Origin: Clostridia bacterium
Lineage (GTDB): Bacteria; Bacillota; Clostridia; Oscillospirales; CAG-272
DNA length: 64,000 bases
NCBI GenBank assembly: GCA_017621755.1
Contig: JAGASL010000044.1
Span: 66,803 to 130,802, forward strand
Direction of reading: 5' to 3'
Below, piece after piece: positions 18,187-26,890 of this stretch (position 1 is the stretch's first letter; the number at the start of each line of letters is the position of its first letter). The notes beneath the pieces were generated by a model. It made no database searches and had not been told where the DNA came from. It saw only the letters and a program-made list of their open reading frames with translations. The translations under genes were made by a program, and so were the position numbers.

Positions 18187-18215
18187 TTGACATGATCGAA
18201 AAAAGGTGATATAAT
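18187..18215 (+). promoter_or_regulatory. sigma-A consensus promoter upstream of the trkH/trkA-like genes
   Basis: TTGACA, 17-nt spacer, TATAAT. Confidence 0.75.
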
Positions 18216-18237
18216 TACAAAAAACGAATCATTGTAA

Positions 18238-18286
18238 AAAGGAACCAGCTGGCTGCAGAGGACGATGGTTCCTTTATGCTTTTTTG
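18238..18286 (+). terminator. leader terminator/attenuator between promoter and trkH-like start
   Basis: AAAGGAACCA (18238-18247) / TGGTTCCTTT (18266-18275) stem followed by ATGCTTTTTT, only ~12 nt upstream of ATG 18298. Confidence 0.6.
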
Positions 18287-18297
18287 AGGAAAATCTT

Positions 18298-19659
18298 ATG
18301 GTTAGGAAAAAGAAACTCACACTCTCAACCACACAGATCATATTGCTTAGTTTCCTTATGACCATCCTCGCAGGAAGTGTGCTGTTGGCATTACCGATAA
18401 GCTCTGCTAATGGCAGAGCCGTTCCGTACATCGAAGCACTCTTTATGGCAACCACCTCCACCTGCGTGACAGGACTTGTTACGCTTCCCACGGTGTCTAC
18501 GTGGAGCGTATTCGGGCAGATCGTCATATTGCTTTTAATACAGATAGGTGGCCTTGGTATTATCACCATCATGTCGGGGTTGATGCTTCTTCTCAATAGA
18601 AAGATGGGTATTAGCGACCGATTGCTGATTCAGGATTCCTTCAATCTCAATACGATGTCAGGGCTTGCGAAATTCGTTAAGAACGTATTGTTCGGCACGC
18701 TGATCGTTGAAGGAATAGGGGCCGTTTTGTATATGCTTGTGTTTGTTCCCGCGTTTGGTGCAAGGGGCATATGGATATCGGTATTCAATTCGGTTTCCGC
18801 CTTCTGTAACGCAGGCATAGACATCATTGCTGAAAACAGCCTTTGCAATTACGCCACAAATCCCTTGATCAATATCGTCACCTCAGCGCTCATCGTTCTC
18901 GGCGGTCTCGGTTATATCGTATGGTGGGATGTGCTTCGTGTTGTTCGAAGTCGTTCAAAAAGAAACCGCAAATTATTTAGGCATCTGACCTTGCACTCAA
19001 AGGTCGCCATTGTCGTTACCGCGGGGCTCATTTTCATCGGTGCGATTCTTATATTTATTTTTGAATACGCAAATCCGGCGACCATTGGAGAAATGTCCCT
19101 TTTCGATAAAATTCAAGTATCCTTCTTCCAATCGGTCACTACGAGAACTGCGGGCTTTGCCTCTGTTCCTCAAGAGGCGCTGACGAATGCCTCTGCCGCT
19201 GTATCGATCATGCTGATGCTGATCGGCGGTTCACCCGTGGGAACAGCAGGCGGTATGAAAACAGTAACCATTGCCGTTCTCGTTTGCTCGGCGGCTGCTA
19301 CTATCAGAAATAAGAACAGCGCGACCCTGTTCGGTCGCCGCATTTCAGAGGGAACGGTAAAAAAGGCTGTTGCCGTAGTGGTAGCGTTTTTTACAATATG
19401 CGCCGCTTCAACCGTGCTTTTGATGGCAACGAGCAACGCATCTGCTCTTGATGTCGTTTATGAAACGGTCAGCGCAACGGCAACGGTAGGGCTTTCAAGA
19501 AATCTGACAGCAACCCTTAACACCTTCGGCAAGCTGATTATCATAGTAACCATGTATTTCGGCAGGGTTGGCCCCATATCACTGGCGGTGGCGCTTGGCA
19601 GTAAAAATGAAAGTCAGAACGTCATTTCTGAACCGATGGAAGATATTAGTATAGGATAA
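18298..19659 (+). CDS. TrkH/KtrB-family potassium uptake membrane subunit
   Basis: Repeated M-P-M selectivity-filter-like segments (TSTCVTGL, NAGID, TTRTAGF, TATVGLS). Confidence 0.85.
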   Translation: MVRKKKLTLSTTQIILLSFLMTILAGSVLLALPISSANGRAVPYIEALFMATTSTCVTGLVTLPTVSTWSVFGQIVILLLIQIGGLGIITIMSGLMLLLNRKMGISDRLLIQDSFNLNTMSGLAKFVKNVLFGTLIVEGIGAVLYMLVFVPAFGARGIWISVFNSVSAFCNAGIDIIAENSLCNYATNPLINIVTSALIVLGGLGYIVWWDVLRVVRSRSKRNRKLFRHLTLHSKVAIVVTAGLIFIGAILIFIFEYANPATIGEMSLFDKIQVSFFQSVTTRTAGFASVPQEALTNASAAVSIMLMLIGGSPVGTAGGMKTVTIAVLVCSAAATIRNKNSATLFGRRISEGTVKKAVAVVVAFFTICAASTVLLMATSNASALDVVYETVSATATVGLSRNLTATLNTFGKLIIIVTMYFGRVGPISLAVALGSKNESQNVISEPMEDISIG

Positions 19660-19672
19660 GGAGAAGGTTGTG

Positions 19673-20320
19673 ATGGCAAAGAAAACATACGCAGTCTTTG
19701 GACTTGGAAGATACGGCACAGCCGTGGCAAGAGAGCTTGTAGAGAGCGGTATGGAGGTGATCGCCGTAGATGCCGAGGAAAGAATTATCAACGATGCAGC
19801 AGCATATCTGCCCGTGTGTAAGTGTGCCGACGTGACCGATGCAGAGGTCATCTCCCGCCTGGGAATTGGCAACATTGATACCGTTATCGTTTGTATGGCG
19901 AGCAATCTTGAGGCAAGTGTCATGGCGGTAACGCTTTGTAAGGAGGCGGGTGTTAAAACGGTTATCGCAAAATGCGCCAACGAGATGCAGCAAAAAATAT
20001 TGCTTCGCGTAGGCGCGGATCAGGTGGTCTTTCCCGAAAAAGAATCAGGCGTGCGCCTGGCCAAGAACCTGCTCAGCTCTGGCTTTATCGATATGATCTC
20101 TCTGTCAAGGGATGTGTCTATTGTCGAGATAGACGTGAAGGATGAGTGGTGCGGAAAGAATCTGATCGAGTTGAATCTACGTAAAAAATACGGCATTAAC
20201 ATCGTCGCCATCAAAAAAGGCGAAAAGGTCAACGTAAATATCAATCCCGAGCAGGCGCTTGATGCGGAAACTATGCTGATCGTTATTGCGAATACGGCAA
20301 AATTGGGGAAATTAAAATAA
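19673..20320 (+). CDS. TrkA/KtrA-family K+ uptake NAD-binding (RCK) subunit
   Basis: N-terminal Rossmann YAVFGLGRYG plus a C-terminal TrkA_C-like region. AAGGAGAAGG RBS. Confidence 0.85.
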   Translation: MAKKTYAVFGLGRYGTAVARELVESGMEVIAVDAEERIINDAAAYLPVCKCADVTDAEVISRLGIGNIDTVIVCMASNLEASVMAVTLCKEAGVKTVIAKCANEMQQKILLRVGADQVVFPEKESGVRLAKNLLSSGFIDMISLSRDVSIVEIDVKDEWCGKNLIELNLRKKYGINIVAIKKGEKVNVNINPEQALDAETMLIVIANTAKLGKLK

Positions 20321-20409
20321 GCTGTCAAGCTTAGGCTTATATCAGAGGAAAGCAAAGGCATATGACATCCATGTGGTTGGGGCTGCCCTAACAAAAAAGA
20401 ATACAGAGC

Positions 20410-20446
20410 AAGGGCTGGCGGTAACTAACCGCCAGCCCTTAATCTT
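20410..20446 (+). terminator. strong hairpin after trkA-like gene
   Basis: 13-bp stem AAGGGCTGGCGGT / ACCGCCAGCCCTT. The U-tail is weak. Confidence 0.6.
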
Positions 20447-20544
20447 TAGAAGGAAAGAAGGGGCCTTGTTTTGTTACAGTGCTCACTATGGCATAGGGCG
20501 CTTTTTGTAATTCACGAAAAAGCGTACTTTGTCATTTTTTGATA

Positions 20545-20572
20545 TTGATTTTTCTGGTATTTGTGTTACAAT
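20545..20572 (+). promoter_or_regulatory. sigma-A type promoter of GH2 copy 1
   Basis: TTGATT, 16-nt spacer, TACAAT. Confidence 0.55.
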
Positions 20573-20613
20573 GAAGATACCACCATATCTTCGTTCTACA
20601 AGGAGTTCCTGTT

Positions 20614-22947
20614 ATGCGTAAAACATTGTTCTCTAAGGACTGGTATCTTTCCGCCCCCGGCACGGGTGGCCGTATCAAGATCGACCTGCCAAACGATTAC
20701 AGCATCACCCAGCCCCGCGACCCGAAGGCACCCGGCGGTGCCGCAAATGGCTTTTTTGTGGGCGGTGTGGGCTTTTACACAAAGTTTTTCACCCCAGAGG
20801 AGGGCAAGCATCATATTCTGGATGTAGACGGTGCCTATGCCTGCGCCGAATATGTGCTCAACCATGACTGGCTCGCCAAGCACCCGCACGGCTACGCCCC
20901 GTTTCTTTTGGATCTGACCGACTATCTGCGCCCCGGCATTACCAATAAGCTGGAGATCAATACCAACGATATGCAGCCCTCTACCCGCTGGTACTCGGGC
21001 GCCGGTATCTACCGTGACGTATATATGTGGACGGGGGGCGACGTGCGCGTAGAGCCGTGGGATGCCTTTATCACCACCCCCACCGTCAGCGCGGAGAGCG
21101 CCGAGGTCAAGGTGGCCTACGTGCTGTCTGCCGACCGCGATACCACCGTTACCCTGCGCGCCGAGGTGCGCAACGAAAAGGGAAGGGCGGTTGCGAAAAA
21201 GAAGATCACGCTGGCTGTCGCTACGGGTAAAAACCCGGCAGAGCTGCGCTTGGCCGTTAAGGCGCCGCACCTGTGGGATATGGATGACCCCTATCTTTAT
21301 ACCCTCTACACCGCCATTGAAGAAAACGGCGAGCTGCTTGACGATGCCGAAAACACCTTTGGCATCCGCCATATCACCGTAGACGTCGAAAAGGGCTTCT
21401 GCCTCAATGGTAAAACGCGCAAGCTGCGCGGTGGCTGCATTCACCACGATCACGGTGTGTTGGGCGCTGCCTGCTTCCCGGCGGCCGAGGAAAGAAAGCT
21501 GCGCCTGTTGAAGGCGGCTGGCTTTAACGCCCTGCGCATTGCGCACAACCCGCCCTCGCTTGCCCTGCTTGAGCTGTGTGACCGCATGGGCATCATCGTA
21601 ATGGATGAGGCCTTTGATATGTGGAACAGAATGAAAACCAAGCAGGATTACCATCTCTTCTTTGGTGATTGGTGGGCAAGGGATATCGAGTATATGGTCA
21701 AGCGTGACCGCAACCACCCCTGCGTGCTGACCTATTCGATCGGCAACGAAATCGCCGAGCGTGACGGCAACTCAAACGGTATCGCCTGGGCAAGAAGGCT
21801 GGTGGCCGAGGTGCGCCGGCATGACGATACCCGCTTCGTCACCTCCGGTATCCATAATCCGTACAATAAGCCCGTACCGAGTGACCCTGCCGATTATGCC
21901 AAGTATTATGCAGAGCGCTTCAAGAACAACAGCTGGGAGGCACGCACCGAGCAATACATGGCTGAGCTGGATGTGGCCGGCTACAACTACCAGTATGTCA
22001 ATTATGATAGCGACCACGGTTTGTATCCCCAGCGTGTGATGTGGGGCTCGGAAACGCATACCATCCGGTTCTTTGATTCCTGGCATGAGGTCAGCCGCCT
22101 GCCCTGGGTGCTGGGCGACTTTACCTGGACAGCCTACGACAACCTGGGTGAGGCTGGCACCGGCCGCTACTCGTGGGCACGCGATGGCTTTATTCCCGGC
22201 ATTTCCTTGGCCGCCTGGCCGTGGCGTACCTGCTACCAGGGCGACCTTGACCTGTGCGGCTTCCGCCGCCCGCAATCCTACTTCCGCGAAGCGATCTGGC
22301 TGGGGAATACCGAGCCGCGTATCTTTACTACGCACCCCGAGCACGTGGGCGAGGGCTTCTCGGGCACCGGCTGGCACTTCTATGACGTGCACGATACCTG
22401 GACCTTTGACGATCAGTATCTTGGCAAGCCGGTCAAGGCCGAGGTGTATACCGATGCCGATGAGATCGAATGGATCCTTAACGGCAACAGCCTTGGCCGC
22501 ACCGCACCCGAAAAGGCCATTGCCTCGATCGAGATTCCGTACGAGAAGGGTGAGCTGACCGCCGTTGCCTACAAGAACGGGGTAGAGTGCGGCCGCTCCT
22601 CGCTTCATACGATCGGCAAGCCGTCTGCCCTGCGCCTCACTCCGGAAAAGAAGACGCTGGCAGCCGACCGGCGCGACCTGTGCTACCTGCAGATCGAGAT
22701 CACCGATGAAAACGGCGACCGCGTGACCGACGCAATGCATGAGCTGGTCTGCATGGTTGAAGGCGGCGAGCTGATGGGCATCTTCAGCGGCGACCCGAAG
22801 AACCTTGACCAGTACGGCTCTGACCGTTGCCACGCCTTTGAGGGGCGTGCCCTGGTCATCGTTCGCGCAAGCAAGCCCGGCAAGGTCACCGTTACCGTCG
22901 GCAACCGCGACCTGGGCACGGCGAGTGCCACCGTTACCGCAAAATAA
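20614..22947 (+). CDS. glycoside hydrolase family 2 protein (copy 1)
   Basis: GH2 architecture with NHPCVLTYSIGNE (acid/base region), IHHDHG and WGSETH. No signal peptide. Confidence 0.85.
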   Translation: MRKTLFSKDWYLSAPGTGGRIKIDLPNDYSITQPRDPKAPGGAANGFFVGGVGFYTKFFTPEEGKHHILDVDGAYACAEYVLNHDWLAKHPHGYAPFLLDLTDYLRPGITNKLEINTNDMQPSTRWYSGAGIYRDVYMWTGGDVRVEPWDAFITTPTVSAESAEVKVAYVLSADRDTTVTLRAEVRNEKGRAVAKKKITLAVATGKNPAELRLAVKAPHLWDMDDPYLYTLYTAIEENGELLDDAENTFGIRHITVDVEKGFCLNGKTRKLRGGCIHHDHGVLGAACFPAAEERKLRLLKAAGFNALRIAHNPPSLALLELCDRMGIIVMDEAFDMWNRMKTKQDYHLFFGDWWARDIEYMVKRDRNHPCVLTYSIGNEIAERDGNSNGIAWARRLVAEVRRHDDTRFVTSGIHNPYNKPVPSDPADYAKYYAERFKNNSWEARTEQYMAELDVAGYNYQYVNYDSDHGLYPQRVMWGSETHTIRFFDSWHEVSRLPWVLGDFTWTAYDNLGEAGTGRYSWARDGFIPGISLAAWPWRTCYQGDLDLCGFRRPQSYFREAIWLGNTEPRIFTTHPEHVGEGFSGTGWHFYDVHDTWTFDDQYLGKPVKAEVYTDADEIEWILNGNSLGRTAPEKAIASIEIPYEKGELTAVAYKNGVECGRSSLHTIGKPSALRLTPEKKTLAADRRDLCYLQIEITDENGDRVTDAMHELVCMVEGGELMGIFSGDPKNLDQYGSDRCHAFEGRALVIVRASKPGKVTVTVGNRDLGTASATVTAK
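22372..22940 (+). repeat. 3' block of GH2 copy 1, near-identical to 24848-25416
   Basis: By eye I count ~17 mismatches in the last ~515 aligned nt. The 5' three quarters of the two genes differ at many synonymous sites. Confidence 0.85.
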
Positions 22948-22960
22948 GAATCATGCTCCC

Positions 22961-23003
22961 ATGGCGCACCTGCATAGGCAGGTGCGCCATGATGTCTTTT
23001 TTT
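22961..23003 (+). terminator. intrinsic terminator between the GH2 copies
   Basis: ATGGCGCACCTGC / GCAGGTGCGCCAT stem followed by a T-run. Confidence 0.85.
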
Positions 23004-23092
23004 GATATGTTTTTGTCCATGCTTGACATTGTTAATCATCCAAACGAATGGTATGATAAGCATGATCACTTGAAAGAAAAGGAGATTCCTTC

Positions 23093-25435
23093 ATGCGTAA
23101 AACGCTTTTTTCTAAGGATTGGTACCTGACAGCCCCCGGCACGAATGGTAGGATCCACGTCGACCTGCCAAACGATTACAGCATCACCCAGCCCCGTGAC
23201 CCCCATGCCCCCGGCACCGCCTCCAACGGTTTTTTTGTCGGTGGTGTTGGCCTTTATACAAAATTCTTTAAGCCCGAGGAGGGCAAGCACCATATCTTAG
23301 ATATCGACGGTGCCTACGCCTGCTCGGAATACGTGCTCAACCACGATTGGCTTGCCAAGCACCCGCACGGCTATACCCCCTTTCTGCTTGATATCACCGA
23401 TCATCTGCGCTTTGACATTACCAACAAGCTGGAGATCACCACCAATGATATGCAGCCCTCTACCCGCTGGTATTCAGGCGCCGGTATTTTCCGCGACGTG
23501 TATCTGTGGACGGGGGGCGACGTGCGCGTAGAGCCGTGGGATGTTTTTATCACCATCCCTACCGTCAACGAGGCAAGTGCTGAGGTCAAGGTAGCCTACG
23601 TGCTGTCGGCTGATCGTGATACCACCGTTATGCTTAAAACCGAGGTGCGCAACGCGGCTGGTAAGACGGTTGCCGCGTGTGAGCAGGTGCTGCCCGTTGT
23701 GACCGGCAAGAATGAGGTAAGCGCGGCGTTAACGGTGAAAAAGCCGCATCTGTGGGATATGGATGACCCTTATCTCTATACCCTCTACACCGCCATTGAA
23801 GAAAACGGCAAGCTGCTTGACGATGCCGAGAACACCTTTGGTATTCGCACCATCACGTTTGACACCGAGCACGGCTTCTGCCTCAATGGCAGATCACACA
23901 AGCTGCGTGGCGGCTGCATTCACCACGATCACGGCGTGCTTGGCGCCGCCTGCTTCCCGGCGGCAGAGGAGAGAAAGCTGCGCAATCTGAAAAATGCCGG
24001 CTTTAACGCCCTGCGCATTGCGCACAACCCGCCCTCGCTTGCCATGCTGGAGCTGTGTGACCGCATGGGCATGCTTCTGATAGACGAGGCCTTTGACGTA
24101 TGGAATAGACCGAAAAAGGCAAACGATTACCATCTTTTCTTTGGCGAATGGTGGAAAAAGGATCTTGCGTGCATGGTCAAGCGTGACCGCAATCACCCCT
24201 CTGTTATCGTCTATTCGATCGGCAACGAGATCGTAGAGCGAGATGGCAACTCTGACGGTGTTGCCTGGGCAAGAAAGCTGGCCGCCGAGGTGCGCCTGTA
24301 TGATACCTCTCGCCCGGTTACGTCGGCTATCAACTTCCCCGGAAACGTTATTCCGTTAGAGGACCCGGATGATTATACGGCTGCCTTTTTACAGCGTTTC
24401 CCCAAAAAGGGGTGGGAGGTCCGCACCGAAAAGTTCATGGCCGAATTGGATATTGTTGGCTATAACTACCGCCAGGATAAATATGAAAGCGACCACAACC
24501 TGTACCCGAACCGCGTGATCTGGGGCTCGGAAACGCACGCGATCAAGTTCTATGATATCTGGCACGAGGTCAGTCGTCTGCCTTGGGTGCTGGGTGACTT
24601 TACCTGGACTGCGCACGATAATCTCGGCGAGGCTGGTGCCGGCCGCTTCGCCTGGCCGCAGGATGATTTTGTTCCCGTTACCATCGGCCCGTGGCCGTGG
24701 CGCACCTGTTACCAGGGCGATCTGGATATTTGCGGCTTCCGCCGCCCGCAATCCTACTTCCGTGAGGCGATCTGGATTGGGGGTGCCGAGCCGCGTATCT
24801 TCACCACCCACCCCGCACATGTTGGCGAGGAGCTGCGTGGAACCCCGTGGCACTTCTATGACGTGCACGATACCTGGACCTTTGACGATGCGTATATCGG
24901 CAAGCCGGTCAAGGCCGAGGTGTATACCGATGCCGACGAGATCGAATGGATCCTGAATGGCAACAGCCTTGGCCGCACCGCACCCGAAAAGGCCATTGCC
25001 TCGATCGAGATTCCGTATGAGAAGGGTGAGCTGACCGCCGTTGCATACAAGAACGGCGTAGAGTGCGGCCGCTCCTCGCTTCATACGATCGGCAAACCGG
25101 CCGCCCTGCGCCTCACTCCGGAAAAGAAGACGCTGGCAGCCGACCGGCGCGACCTGTGCTACCTGCAGATCGAGATCACCGATGAAAACGGCGACCGCGT
25201 GACCGACGCCAAGCACGAGCTGGTCTGCATGGTTGAAGGCGGTGAGCTGATGGGCATCTTCAGCGGCGACCCGAAGAACCTTGACCAGTACGGCTCTGAC
25301 CGTTGTCACGCCTTTGAGGGGCGTGCCCTGGTCATCGTTCGCGCAAGCAAGCCGGGCAAGGTCACCGTTACCGTCGGCAACCGCGACCTGGGCACGGCGC
25401 GCGCCACCGTTACCGCCACCGTGATGGCAAAATAA
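23093..25435 (+). CDS. glycoside hydrolase family 2 protein (copy 2, tandem paralogue)
   Basis: Same motifs as copy 1 and collinear over its full length. AAGGAGA RBS. Confidence 0.85.
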   Translation: MRKTLFSKDWYLTAPGTNGRIHVDLPNDYSITQPRDPHAPGTASNGFFVGGVGLYTKFFKPEEGKHHILDIDGAYACSEYVLNHDWLAKHPHGYTPFLLDITDHLRFDITNKLEITTNDMQPSTRWYSGAGIFRDVYLWTGGDVRVEPWDVFITIPTVNEASAEVKVAYVLSADRDTTVMLKTEVRNAAGKTVAACEQVLPVVTGKNEVSAALTVKKPHLWDMDDPYLYTLYTAIEENGKLLDDAENTFGIRTITFDTEHGFCLNGRSHKLRGGCIHHDHGVLGAACFPAAEERKLRNLKNAGFNALRIAHNPPSLAMLELCDRMGMLLIDEAFDVWNRPKKANDYHLFFGEWWKKDLACMVKRDRNHPSVIVYSIGNEIVERDGNSDGVAWARKLAAEVRLYDTSRPVTSAINFPGNVIPLEDPDDYTAAFLQRFPKKGWEVRTEKFMAELDIVGYNYRQDKYESDHNLYPNRVIWGSETHAIKFYDIWHEVSRLPWVLGDFTWTAHDNLGEAGAGRFAWPQDDFVPVTIGPWPWRTCYQGDLDICGFRRPQSYFREAIWIGGAEPRIFTTHPAHVGEELRGTPWHFYDVHDTWTFDDAYIGKPVKAEVYTDADEIEWILNGNSLGRTAPEKAIASIEIPYEKGELTAVAYKNGVECGRSSLHTIGKPAALRLTPEKKTLAADRRDLCYLQIEITDENGDRVTDAKHELVCMVEGGELMGIFSGDPKNLDQYGSDRCHAFEGRALVIVRASKPGKVTVTVGNRDLGTARATVTATVMAK
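24848..25416 (+). repeat. 3' block of GH2 copy 2, near-identical to 22372-22940
   Basis: See the partner block. Confidence 0.85.
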
Positions 25436-25470
25436 CATACAAGGGCAGCCGAAATGACTGCCCTTGTATG
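25436..25470 (+). terminator. hairpin after GH2 copy 2 (weak U-tail)
   Basis: CATACAAGGGCAG / CTGCCCTTGTATG stem. Confidence 0.45.
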
Positions 25471-25564
25471 ATCTTGACCGCTTTTACATGTTTTTTGACC
25501 AAAAATACATAGTTTTATCTAGACCGTTCTGCTATAATAGACTTGGAAAGGACGGTAAATACAT

Positions 25565-26848
25565 ATGGAAGCAAACATTTTGTCTTATGGCGCGATCGGT
25601 GACGGTAAAACGATCAACACAAAGGCCATTCAAAGCGCGATTGATGCGGTTTCACAGGCCGGCGGCGGGCGCGTTACCATTCCCGCGGGTTGCTTTGTCA
25701 GCGGCACGATATGGCTCAAGGATTATGTAGAATTGCATTTGGAATCGGGCGCTGTCTTAAAGGCAAGCGCGGACTTTGCCGATTATAACGCAGAGGATGC
25801 CTACCCGCAAAATTTCGGTAGCATCAACGAGGGGTGGTGTGGATGCCATCTTTTAATCGCGCACCGCAAGAAGAACGTATCGATCACCGGCTTTGGAAAA
25901 ATCAACGGAAGTGGTAATGCCTTTACTGAGGAACCGCATCCGATGGAAGAGTTTGCTTACATATGGGCATACGGCTTTGCACGCGAAAAGGACAAGGAAA
26001 AACGCCGCCCAGGGCAGATGCTCTGCTTTGTTGAATGCGAGCATGTGCGCGTGCTAGACGTAACCATGGAGAACGCACCTGCCTGGACCTGCTTTTTTCA
26101 CGGCTGCTCCTGTGTAACGATACGTGGAATACACATTTTCAACGAGCGGTATGCCGCCAATACTGACGGGCTGGATATCGATACCTGCCGCTATGTAACC
26201 ATTTCGGATTGCTTGATCGATACGGGTGATGATGCCATTGCCATCCGCTGTGATGCAGCTCGCCTGCAAAATGGCATGACCACTTGTGAGCACGTCACCA
26301 TTGCAAACTGCGTCCTTGCCTCCTCCTCCAGTGTAGTGCGCTTGGGCGTAGGGATAGGTGAAATTCGCCACGTCGTCATATCCAATATTACTATTCCCCG
26401 CGGTGGCATAGCCTTTAACCTGATCACCTCGTATTCGGCACGCGGGCGTGCCCTGCTTTCAGATATCCTGGTTGAGAACGTAATTGCCGAAAACGTCGGT
26501 TATCCGATTCGCCTGCAGGAGAGAAATCAGGCGTTTATCCGCCACGTTGTTTTCCGCGGCCTTCGCTTCAAGACCTTTTCCTGCTTGTCCATGATTGCGG
26601 AAAGCACGGGGGCTGTTTCGGATATTACGGTCAAGGATGTAGAGATGGAGATCGTACCGCCGCCCTTTTTGCCCTGCAAGATCGCTGCAGAGCAGCATGG
26701 TGACGTGCCGGTTTATCTGTATCGTGCCGCTCGTGTGCGGTTTGAAAACGTGCGTGTCAATATTCCGCAGGCCCTGGCACATGAATGGAAGGACATGACC
26801 TATATCGCAGAATGTGCCGACATCCAAAGAATAGATTGTAATTTTTAA
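25565..26848 (+). CDS. glycoside hydrolase family 28 protein (polygalacturonase-like, parallel beta-helix)
   Basis: N-terminal YGAIGDGKT.NT.AIQSAID, NTDGLDID, GDDAIAI and RLG motifs of GH28. Confidence 0.8.
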   Translation: MEANILSYGAIGDGKTINTKAIQSAIDAVSQAGGGRVTIPAGCFVSGTIWLKDYVELHLESGAVLKASADFADYNAEDAYPQNFGSINEGWCGCHLLIAHRKKNVSITGFGKINGSGNAFTEEPHPMEEFAYIWAYGFAREKDKEKRRPGQMLCFVECEHVRVLDVTMENAPAWTCFFHGCSCVTIRGIHIFNERYAANTDGLDIDTCRYVTISDCLIDTGDDAIAIRCDAARLQNGMTTCEHVTIANCVLASSSSVVRLGVGIGEIRHVVISNITIPRGGIAFNLITSYSARGRALLSDILVENVIAENVGYPIRLQERNQAFIRHVVFRGLRFKTFSCLSMIAESTGAVSDITVKDVEMEIVPPPFLPCKIAAEQHGDVPVYLYRAARVRFENVRVNIPQALAHEWKDMTYIAECADIQRIDCNF

Positions 26849-26852
26849 TAAA

Positions 26853-26887
26853 ACAAGACCGGGTCTCGTAAAGAGCCCCGGTCTTGT
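26853..26887. terminator. bidirectional terminator
   Basis: ACAAGACCGGG / CCCGGTCTTGT stem between convergent genes. Confidence 0.7.
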
Positions 26888-26890
26888 ATG

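Noticed and set aside
18216-18297. c-di-AMP (ydaO/kimA-type) riboswitch upstream of the K+ uptake genes
   Set aside because: The leader is only ~80 nt and lacks the conserved pseudo-symmetric ACGGGGA/CCCG-type cores I would expect. Only a plain terminator hairpin is present.
23023-23057. TTGACA upstream of GH2 copy 2 as the -35 element
   Set aside because: It is 23 nt from the only good -10 (TATGAT). A weaker TTGTTA-17-TATGAT alternative exists but is not convincing enough to list.
20596-25438. Several 350-370-aa minus-strand ORFs (20596-21717, 21772-22833, 24389-25438) inside the GH2 genes
   Set aside because: They are antisense shadows of the two GH2 genes. Their similarity to each other merely mirrors the GH2 duplication.
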